The position numbers were made by a program, and so were the translations under genes. From assembly GCA_051362555.1 (NCBI GenBank), contig CM120649.1:3286001-3350000 (forward strand): a DNA stretch of 64,000 nucleotides. The letters are read 5' to 3'. The notes below the pieces were generated by a model. It did no database searches, was not told the origin of the DNA, and worked only from the letters and a program-made list of their open reading frames with translations. This document shows, piece by piece, positions 53,431 to 64,000 of the stretch. The stretch is from Lingula anatina. Lineage: Eukaryota; Animalia; Brachiopoda. How positions within the stretch are numbered: position 1 is the first letter of the stretch; the number at the start of each line of letters is the position of its first letter.

Positions 53431-54830
53431 TGTTTATACAACTGGCGTATGCCTTACCTGCTAATGTTGATAATATGCCCGTCATCCATGTTCCTTTCTT
53501 GTATGGACTGAATGGTCAGCTGGGATACGGTGATGGCAGCGAACACATTCAACTGAAAAAAAAATGAGGCGCTAACAATTTGCTAGGACTGGAGATCCAT
53601 CCCGCCATTACATGAGTTTATATTTTGTCTATACTATAATACCCTCACTGAGGGCAAACATTAATCTCATTCAAAATTACTAATATCTTAGTCAGACTGA
53701 CGACGCACACCAGTTGCACCCGGGTGACAAACACTTTTTTACCAAAATATCTTATTAAGTCATCTACTGCAATCAATCAACAGAGCAAAATAAGCACAAA
53801 CCCAAGTAGATAATTGCATTTCTACAGACAGACATAAGCAGAATTAAGCTCAGTTTTTTTGGAACTACATGCTTTATTTTCACCTGGATACTGGATCTAA
53901 TAGAAATACGACTAACAGTATTCTAAAAACATATCAGTTGAGTTCTCTTACGTCAAACATTGTCTTGGTATCAGATAAAGACCCTGTCTTGCAATCCTGG
54001 TAGAAGGTGACACCAGCGTTGTTAACACAAACGTCGACACCGCCCAACTGTTCCTTGATTTTTTGAAACATGGACTCGGTCTCTTCCGTTTTGGTAAGGT
54101 CGCATTTCATTGGAATCAAACGACCCTTTTCGCCCTCAAGTCCCGCGGCTGCTTTCTGGAATATAGATACATGTATTCAATCATCTTTTCATCCAAAGAC
54201 AAAAGTTAATTTAACAGTTTTGTGATTATTAAACATCTTATTTAACTAAACGACTATTTGTTGGAGGTAAATGTTGGGGGGATGTCGGTAGTTTATATTT
54301 GCGTTTATCTATCCTACATCGCCGAACGTATCTGAGTTGTTGAATAAAGTGCATCTATCAAATAATGCCAATGGAGAAAGAAAATACAAATAAAAATAAT
54401 AGATGAGGACTAGCCACGAATTGTTTGGGTATGGCACAATTGCCTGATCATTCTATGCACGGTTCTAAATTCGTATGTTTATAGATATATAGGACATGTA
54501 CATGGAAACAGTTCTTTTAAAGAATCTGTCCTTGGTATTAATTTTAAATTTTCCACGAACACAATTAAACAGCAGTTATAGTGTTTTTCACCGCGACATC
54601 CGATCTTTATTTTCTTTTCTATATTATTATTATTATTATTATAATTATTATTATTATTGAAAAAACATATAATATTATTATTGAAAAAAATAACATACTT
54701 GCATATCTTCCACGTGTCTGGCGCATCCAACCACCACCATACCATTCTTAACCAGAGCACGAGCAATGGCTTCTCCTATCCCTTTCGATGCTCCTGTTAC
54801 CAACGCAACACGTCCTGCCCAGCGATCCAT
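51428..54830 (-). CDS. DHRS11: Short-chain dehydrogenase/reductase, DHRS11-like, 247 aa, 7 coding exons
   Basis: Exons 54699-54830 (MDRWAGRVALVTGASKGIG..), 53952-54155 (..VNNAG..), 53458-53552 (..DDGHIINISS), 52818-52947 (..YAPTK..TEGLRLEL), 52440-52514 (VLSPALVDTP..), 51731-51796 (SLQPDDVAAAV..), 51428-51469 (VRHICLNAIHDTM*). TGxxxGxG, NNAG and YxxxK motifs; all introns GT-AG and in frame. Orthology vs paralogy is not resolved. Confidence 0.9.
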
Positions 54831-57800
54831 TTCTGAAACAACTTCATATTAAAAACCAATTTTCATTGTAAAAAACTCATAGACTCTTTGAGGCGAGACA
54901 AGGTGGCAGGACGGAGGGGTGGGGGGAGGGGGCGCAAAGCTTAACTTATTTTAATGCACTCTACAAGACGTGTTTGCACATAATACTTTTGATAATTGTG
55001 TGTGGAGCCAACGTTAGATCTGCGATCATACACATATGATAACCTCGTATCCCCTGTTCTGGAAACCATATGTGTTTTAATTAAAATCACATTGTTCATT
55101 ACGTTACGTGCACGTATATGTCGGATGTACGGTATGTTGAATCAGAGATGTACATGTAGCCTATACAAATACACGAAGCATGTGTGGTTGTCAGCAAGTG
55201 TTTCCTCAAGAACCCTATATATTAACCAAATGCGAGTACCTACGGAAAATTCTAGTTAAAAAACTAAAATTGTCATGCTGTCAAAGATACATTTTTTTAC
55301 CCCAAAATATGCAGGGCTAGATACTTCCTCACTGTCACAATTATAAGTGCCTAAAACGAAGACGCCGGTCAATATTAAGCGTAAACCTGTCTACAATCTC
55401 CTTACCTCTTGCCGTTTTCAGTAAACGTAAACAACAGAGTTATGCTGATATAACAGAGAGGTGGATTTCCTCAAACCTTAAATTTGTCCCCGGTCGATAT
55501 CAACTACAACTTGACGCGAAACAAACCTTATACACATGTACCAGTCAACCAACATATAGCTACGGGTGAGCTGACCTCATTTTTCAGGCTAAGCATTACA
55601 TAACTGGGACAAAATGTAGACGCTTTTTTGGACCGGGTTCTTTGCAGAAGTTCATACAGCTTTAATCATATGACATCCGCATTGTCTAGACCGGTGATAT
55701 TTGTAAACACAAGTTAGAAATATTATAGATGTGCGTGCCTGGGTGGGGTGTGCTTGGTGCTATGTGATGGGCAATGGCAGACTTAGGGATGCCTGGGGGG
55801 GGGGGGTCCTAACCCCATTCGATTTCTAAAAAAAATCACACTAATGGCCCCCTCTTGGAATTTTCCCACGCCAATCGAGGGGGGCGGTAGGGGTCTTGTA
55901 TAAATTATTTGTGCCTGTACTTTGATTCTATAATATTTTAGATGTCCTAGTTATCAGAGGGTAGCCTATATGGTATATGGTATGAGTCATATCCAACAAA
56001 CGGCGTATCCAAGAGGACATACGTGCGGGAGATCTGGGGCCACGTGGGGGGGGGGGGCAAATAGTGTTTTACAGTCATAAGATTATGTATGTGTGCATTT
56101 ATTCCATCTAACGTAAGAAGATTAGATATAATTATAACGTCAGAAAATACTATAGAGGGAGTGTGATAATGATAGAGTCGCTAAACGAATTTGACGGAAT
56201 ATAGTGACTAGCCTAATCCTCTTGTCGCCTGGTTAGGCACGCCCCCTTAGAGTACTTATGTAAACAAAAGGTCTTCCATAGAAATCTATCCTTTTGTTCA
56301 ACAGCTTCGCGCGTGCAGCAGATTATGTATATAGTGACGCTATACAGCTAAATGCAGTTAAATCTGTGAAAGCTGTTATTTAATTTATTCTGCTGTGTCG
56401 GACGTTGTGGGCCAGCCCAATGGTTCATTCATTCATTCTTTTCTGAAGATTGGTGATGCATATTTTGAATGCTTAATTATTTGCCCTCCTTCTTACAAGA
56501 GAAAGGAAAAGGGGGGAGAAACAGAGACAGTGTCAAATAAAAAGGGTAAAGAGTAATATAATACATTAATTAAAGGGACTCGCGGTGGGAGAAACGATAT
56601 ACTGTTTTGCATCAAGGTATGCAATTATAATCCCACATGGCCATCGCATATACGGCCGAAGTTTAAATACATTACTCATAGTTGTATTAAATTACATTAT
56701 TTTGCTGAATAGACATACATTTTAAAGTTGGTCTTTCAGGAAATCGTTTTGTTTGAAATAACACAAACGACAGAGGTAAAATTACATATAAATTTATTTT
56801 GAAATAAAATGTTTCGCTAGATCTTGTTAACACTCAGCGAAATTCACCTAGTGATTGTATTCAATGTGCCATCATTTAATTGCTTTCTCGGTTTCATTAA
56901 TTGACGATAATAATTGCAGTAAGCAAGAAGGAGGAAATGCTGAAGACAAAACAACGCCGTGGGTAGGTGTGCCTTTCTCCCTTAACATTTTCTATGATGC
57001 TGTCAAAGATAAAGGAACCGAGATAGCGATCATTTAAACCGCTGCTGTTTACAGGTGGACTTCTTCGTTTATCATTTAAATGCCCCCCTCCCCCAGCAGA
57101 ACCAACTTGAGGAATGCCATTGTAGCTACAGTACACTGTATATCAAACTTCGGTCCAAGTTATGAAATGTTTAAGCAGAAAACGATAATTTGAGGGTATT
57201 TTTTCATTCAAGACAAAATTCAATAACTATGATGTGTGCCAAAAGAGACTTTACAAAGCTTTACGTGTACGTAGAAATATTCCAGTAACCTATATAGCGA
57301 CGTAATTGTAACCTCAACAGGCAGTGTCCCCGATGAAAGCAAGCACCACAATAAACACTGAAAGGCGGGGTACAAAAATTAACTTTTTTAAATATCGATT
57401 ACAACATGCTGTACAATGACTGAGTCGTGAAAGGGGTATTGGACTTCTTTGCGTTAAAAACAAATTCATTTCGAAATCAAAAGAGCATTTTTTTTTTTTG
57501 GGGGGGGGGGCGCGTAGGGGGGGGAGGAGGTAAATAGTAACTCATTCCGTAATCCTTCCTGCACATTATTTAATCGTATCAAAACGTTTGATACACAATG
57601 TTCACTAGTGTCATAATTTTGGCGATTTATTAAAACCATATTTGTACAAAGTAGGTTAGCATAAGTTAGGCAACAACCAGTGTGAAGAACAACTCCCTTT
57701 TTAAGTGAGGCAAGACAACCTATTCAAACTGATTATAACCTTGATAAAGACACATGGTAAAGGAGTTATGTAAACTAGCGTGTGAAAACACATTCTTTGT

Positions 57801-60577
57801 CACTGTTACAAGACAATGGAGGCGACCAAGTGGAGTAATTACAATATACCCCTGTACAGTCAAAGAGAAATTAGTTATGAAAGCTTACTTCGGGTCAGCC
57901 CTTTATTTGCTTGTCCGAAAGAAAGAGGTAGATGTCGCAACGCGAATCCTTTTATTAACCCTTCACGAGTTTGTGTAAAAGTGTGAAAGACAGGCAACGA
58001 TCTCGAGTCGCTGTTGATATTGTTCGCAATTAATATTGGAGTATACCGCCTACATGTAAACATCAGACAAGGCGTTGAGATCGATAAAAGTGGAGGTTTA
58101 TCTGAAAAATTAGATGCCACTTTTGTGAAATGACTTATTAAGTGATGTGCATGTACCGAACTTGTTTAAATTCTTGATTTTTTTATTTGAAACATCTTCA
58201 TACACGGCTTCATATTTACATTTCTCTCAGGCCATACTCATTTTATTGTATAACATGGGACTCTAAAGCACAGGGCATTGTGAAAGTTAATTGGCTACAG
58301 AGACTTGTTATCCTTCATGCAGTTTTATAGCGTGGATGAACTAGAAACAGGCTTTACTTAGCTTTACTTAATTTACGAAAATTTAAACAAAATCAATCTG
58401 CAAGGCTTGCTTTGACTTGATGTTAACCTAACACTGGTTTTAAAAGAAGAAATATAAATATGTTGGATGGATTAAATCACCGACACCGTTCTATTTTAAC
58501 TTAACGTGGTCATATACACAGTAACACAGATAATATTTATAAGTTGTCTGCCGTTCAGCACGCATTATAGGCGAGTAGCCAAACAGTAACGATGATCAAT
58601 CCAAGTAAAATCTAGGCAAGTATTGTTTACAAAATAGATCATGATGAATAAACCTACGCTTTAATAAATAATCACCACACGGTTCTGTTTTTGTCACTTA
58701 AAAGCTTTCGTTTAAAGACGCTCAACGATATCAAAAATGATTCGACGCTTTAAAAATGGACCGGTTAAAGGGGAATTTTTTGTTTCAGCTAGGGGGACTT
58801 CAGGTAGAGGATTCAGTGTAGGTGTTTCCTCGGATGATAACAGCATCACACCCTAGGTCTAAGCGAGTTGACAAGAAGCTTTTTGTCCAAGCATCCTATT
58901 CCTACTACTAAACTAATAACTCTAAACCACAAAGGTTTATGCGGTAAAAATATTTAAACTAAATGAGGTGCATTGACAGAGGCACAAGTACAATCCAACG
59001 CCAACGTGCAACAGGGGAAAGTCTGACAGTGTATTACATAATATATGAAAGTGCGGTCAATATTAACAGTGTAAGACATCAGTTAAATAGGAGGGGGTCT
59101 TACTATCTTTTGTTAAACGAGACTGTTATTATCTCTCGAACAAGCTTAAACCATGCCTTATACAATTACTGTGTCTCCGGCTGTCGTGCAGAAACGGCTA
59201 CAGTTACAAACAGGGAAAACTAGCGACTAATTGTTCTAGATCGCTCTAGTAAGAAAGCATAAGTGCGGCGCCCGGGCACAAACAATCAACTATCCGGTAT
59301 AACATTCATATCTTAGCGTTTACACGCGCAAAGAGCTAAGTGCATATGACGCGCAAAGAGCTAAGCAATTAGCCTTGACAAAGTGGTCCGTTTTTAAACA
59401 ACAACAAGAAAAAAGAACGCCTTGTCATAGTTATGAGACAAATCACTTGCAACATGCAACAAGGGGATGGCTGACAGTGTGGTCACACTACATGTTTATG
59501 AAAGTACGTTGAATTAACAGTCTTCGACATCGCCCAAAGAGGAGGGACTTACTGTAGCCCTCAATCTATTGTTAAACGCAATCATTATCTTTTCTCATAC
59601 AACCTTAAACAAAACCTAAACAATAAGATTGTTAAATCAGATAAGTGATGTAAAATCATATTGGAAATTTACGTTGACTAACGGAGACTTTCATTCGCAA
59701 AGTTAATGAAACAAGACTGGTCCAAGTTAACTGCCCATATTGAATAAATCTTAGACTGTTAAACCTAAAGCCCTGCTTTACTTTGGTAATAGTTATTTAG
59801 TAAGCTAGGTTTATTCACATATATCATTAAGCATAAGGGCCTTGTGCTGCAAACAACCCATTTTGAACGCAATCGTCATCGCTCCCGAACAACCTGAAAT
59901 CATGCCTATACAATATTAGGAGATGCACGTCGAGTAAAAGATTCAACACCTGGGTGCCGAGCACTATTATGAAAAGGAAAAATGACTTGACGCTTCATGC
60001 ACAATCATCATCGAAAGCCTAATATCATTATGCTTCGTGCGCAGTCGATTTTTATCAAAATAAAAAGTGTGTTTTATACAAGCAAAATCTAACTTTCCTT
60101 TATAACTGTTACTGAACAGCGAAGAGTTACATACACCCGGTTATAAAATTACAAATGTAATTATGAGGCTAATTTATCTAATGTGGAATGAAATATTTTG
60201 TTGGCTTTCAAATGATAGGACACTCACTTTAATCTTAAAAGAAGTTAGTTTATATGCTCGTTCCCCTAACGCGCGTGCAAAAAAGTCCCATCAAATAAAC
60301 AGATACATATCTGTCTATACTGGCAAATAGTGAAAGTCTATCTGTGGCCCTGATAATGTGTATACACTCACCGCGTTAGCGGCAACAATGATTATTTCTT
60401 CACAGCGATTTATTCATTTAATAATTAAATCATAATTTATTTATGAAATTATTTGAAATAATTTATCTTTTATTTAATGATTTATACCATGTAAATTTTA
60501 TCTATTTTTATTTGATTCTTAATGTCATCTAATTATTTGCTTTATTCTTTAAATAATTTATTTATTTATTTATTCAT

Positions 60578-60746
60578 CAAGCCCGTAGCCAGCAATTTCA
60601 AAGGGGGGGGGGTCTTTTTCTGAAAAAGTGGACCTTTTACCGAAAAATCCCCATGTACTTATGTCAAATTTTACCCAGAGTGGACCTTTTTTTCAGCAAA
60701 AGGGGGGTCTTTCGAACCTCCCGAACTCCCCCTGGCTGCGGGCCTG
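60578..60746. mobile_element. MITE, CAGGCCCGTAGCC family, inserted in (TTTA)n
   Basis: caagcccgtagccag ... ctggctgcgggcctg; homologous to 38912-39115. Confidence 0.85.
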
Positions 60747-62423
60747 TTTATTTATTTATTTATTTATTTATTTATTAAGACTTTCTATCATTATCCTTTA
60801 ACGGCTTCGCTCTATTATTTTATAGAAAATGTAACTTAATGTAGTAATTGAGGCAACACGTCAGCTTGTAATGTGAATAAATTGTTTTAAAAATGTTGCT
60901 TTCTTTGTTATTTCTAAACAGTAATCTATTTTTACACATTTAGCGATGATGGAAATTTGTGAACGGAGCATCTTTAAACTTTTTGAGACGGGGTGATTTG
61001 TTGATCATGCTGATGTACGATGCTGATGCATGTCTATCAAATTCAATTTTTGACCACAGAACACTTCATATTGAATTAAATAACTGATACTAAATTAAAC
61101 TAGCAGTTTTCTTGCAACACTTAAAACATGATCAGCTGCGCGTGCCAAGCTAGTGGACAAAAGGATAGGTGGCCACGGGAGTGGCACGCGTTAGCATGGG
61201 TTCTAGCATCTTAAAGCTATAATCATATCGCCGCAACAAACAATGGGCACCTTCTGGCTGTTGTATCCTGCTGTTAATTACATCTAGTCACAGCGGATTG
61301 TCGCGCTCGCGCTGGACCACAGAAACAGGCGTCATGGGGTTCACTCGCCTAAGGTATTGTGCGTTATTACGCCTAAACTATTGTGTTTTTGCGTTCGAAT
61401 TTTGAAGGGATTAGACAGCTTTCCATTGTTTGTCCGCCCCCTTCTATTCACAGGATAGGGATTAAAACATTTCTGACGTTTTTCAAACGTCGTACAACGG
61501 AAACATAATTATTATTACTACTGTATAGTGTTTTACATTCAAGATGTATTACCTGTCCCGAAGTTATATTTTTTCCTGCAAATCTGCTTTTCTTTCACAG
61601 TGTCCGCGGACCCCTCATTCAAATAAATCTGGATCCGTCCCTGGATGTGCATTTTATATCAGAGAGATCCTCAATAGACCCTCATTACAGGCAGATTGAC
61701 GCGCCATCAAATTTAAATGTTTGTTTCCGTTTAAATCAGAAAGGAACTGCTGATAAGCGCGCAAATGGAATTTTTTTTTTTATCTCACGAGAGAGAGAAT
61801 ACACAGGTGTCTGTTAAGCTTGTTCTTTTATTCTTACTAATAATGTGTTTACATTTCTTGAATTACAGGTATCACTAACGTCTTCTGAACATTGAACATG
61901 GATATTATGGATTTTAAATGGCTTTTGGGGTTTAAATAAATGAATATTATCATTATCATAAATCGTAGTAACTAGTATTTTTTTTAGATAGGTCCTCTAG
62001 GTGTTTGTCTTTATGGTGTAGTTTTAAAGCCTTATTCATTACTTACTTGTGGCTGACGCTGCTCTTGAATGTATACAGTGTATGTCACTAAGGTGCAGGT
62101 TTACTACTCCACCGGTAGCTTGTACCTTCCAGGTGGAAGTCTTACCTTTTACCAATCACTGATAAATTGTAGTTTAATGGCCTAGAGTTATTCATAAAAT
62201 CCCGACTCCAGTATAGTTTTATAGTCCTTTACAATACAGTAAATTCTGAAGAGACATTGCAGCAATATATAACCAGGTATGTGTTGTTCAGTGGCGCCAT
62301 CTATTCTGATGTATAAGTTTTATTAAAGTAAAACTGCAAGATCATCAGCTCTCACATTTTAAAACACACGTATAAAAGCATTTTGTGTTGTATGCAAGGG
62401 TATAACAAATTAAGAACAAGGCA

Positions 62424-63190
62424 TTATCCATCCAAAAATGCGTGCATTTGGAAGACGTAACAAAGGGCAAAGGTCACGGCGGCAGCGACATCGCCTGGTT
62501 GAAGGCACTATTGTGAAATAATATTACAAAAGATGGATGATACTGAAGGGCGTATTCTGATATATATTAGATATTAGATAATTGACGAAAGGCAAAGGGG
62601 AGGAAGGATAGAAGAAGTTTGCCAAAAAATCCAGAGATAATAAACCCACAGCATTTGACTGTAGCTTACAGTTTCCGGACAGAAGAAGCTGTCATCGAAG
62701 CGTTCTCTAGGTAGCGGAGTGTCCACCAATGAAGGACTAATAACCTAATAGTAAACATAATATTTCAGCAGCACGATATCAATTTTGGGTTACATTAATA
62801 TTAAGAGAATGCTTCTAAATTCTTCTAAAATAACCGCCCATACGTATATTCGTGCATTGCGAGAGGCGATATATTCATATGCGATTCCAATACCGTAAAA
62901 ATTGCATAATTCTCTCGGTTTATCTGACTTGTGTTTGTGTTCATTGCTTAGTTATCTACCAGTCAAAATAGGGAGATATAGACTGGGCTGTAATTTCTTA
63001 ATATATTGAATGCTTCTCTCTCTCACACACACACTCTCTCTCTCTCTCTCTCTCTTATACCGTTGTCCGTATTTTCGTTTTCTCTTGTCTCAGCTCGTAT
63101 CTCAGGCCATCTGTGAAAGCCTTCAGGGCACACTTTGTTGGGGTATACATGTGACATGGTAAGTCCGCGTGGACCGTGCTTTCACATACA
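62424..63190 (-). CDS. Second DHRS11-like SDR paralogue, 3' part (exons 4-6; 5' exons beyond the right edge; C-terminus altered, possibly a pseudogene)
   Basis: Exons 63061-63190 (..HMYTPTKCALKAFTDGLRYELRQEKTKIRTT), 62670-62744 (VISPSLVDTPLPRERFDDSFFCPET), 62424-62507 (CLQPGDVAAAVTFALCYVFQMHAFLDG*). Exons 4 and 5 match the first SDR in size and phase. Confidence 0.8.
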
Positions 63191-63213
63191 CTGTATTTAA
63201 ATACAATACGCTT

Positions 63214-63314
63214 CCCTAACGAAAAAGTCCTATAGGATCCTATAAGATCCTATAGGATTCTATAGGAAATTGGCCCAATTTCCTATAGGATTCTTTAGGA
63301 CTTTTTCGTATGGG
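63214..63314. mobile_element. Small MITE with CCC termini and TT flanks (EnSpm/CMC-like)
   Basis: tt|ccctaacgaaaaagtccta ... taggactttttcgtatggg|tt; internal cctatagga repeats. Confidence 0.7.
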
Positions 63315-64000
63315 TTGTCAGAAAGGATAAAATAATAATTTCCAAGACCCATTTCAACAGTATAAAATGCCGGCTAGCTACTTTTGCCTGCAACCACACG
63401 TTATAGAAGTTTTAACCGTTTGGAGAAGGAATTTGTGCCCATTCTCGACACTTTATGAGTAAGCCAAATGAGTTTGCGATGTAATTTGTTTAATTTTTCA
63501 ACCGCTTATACTCGATTTACTTGGGAAACATGATAAAGATACAAGAATATTTTGTTTGAGACCAACGTGTCATTCTACTTAGTAGATCGACTCACTAAGC
63601 GTCAAAAATCATGATGCATAACTTTGCACCAGAATTCGGGTCAAACAGATTCCATTACGTTCTTTAATTGCACATGTCTAGACAATTGTCTTGTCTGAAA
63701 TTTCCCAAGGTTAATTTTTTTTTATTCTACTTAGTAGACCCTCTATGCGTCAAAAACCATCAAACATGACCACCAACTTTGGTGAATTATTTCCTTGAAG
63801 CAAAGTAACGAATTGTAGGATCGTTGCCTTTGTGGGAAATGTCAAATATGGCTAATGGTGGCTACATTTCAATAGAGCTTCCACAATCATGTGAGACCAA
63901 CATGAACCTGATCATGTGCATTGGAATAATCCTTTAATGTTTTTTTCCATCGTTTCATTGTTGTCATCCAAAGAAAAAGTCATATATATATATATATATA

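Noticed and set aside
56897-57136. Faint resemblance to a Crypton/DUF3504-like segment
   Set aside because: Similarity too weak to support without a profile search.

Overview
AT-rich, microsatellite-rich eukaryotic DNA, probably from an invertebrate animal (spliceosomal GT-AG introns, MITEs, eukaryotic tRNAs). Most ORF-track entries are artefacts. The left half (1-~31260) is a direct tandem segmental duplication carrying two minus-strand paralogues of an ankyrin-repeat / Death-like / TIR / coiled-coil gene. Copy A (12811-21674) is complete. Copy B (27-4571) runs off the left edge. Each internal ankyrin repeat is a separate 99-bp (last one 102-bp) phase-0 exon in a ~570-590 bp tandem unit. The framework is almost invariant at the nucleotide level, while variation concentrates in the codons of the ankyrin ligand-binding face, so the locus looks like a natural DARPin-like, exon-modular, diversifying immune receptor. 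Its upstream region holds amplified kB and ISRE-like motifs. The right half has a two-coding-exon gene for a bacterial-type (V8/GseA-like) glutamyl endopeptidase (possible horizontal transfer), tRNA-Thr(TGT), tRNA-Asp(GTC), a complete 7-exon DHRS11-like SDR, the 3' part of a second SDR paralogue, and several non-autonomous DNA transposons. All gene models were built by eye from splice signals and reading frame; no searches were run.
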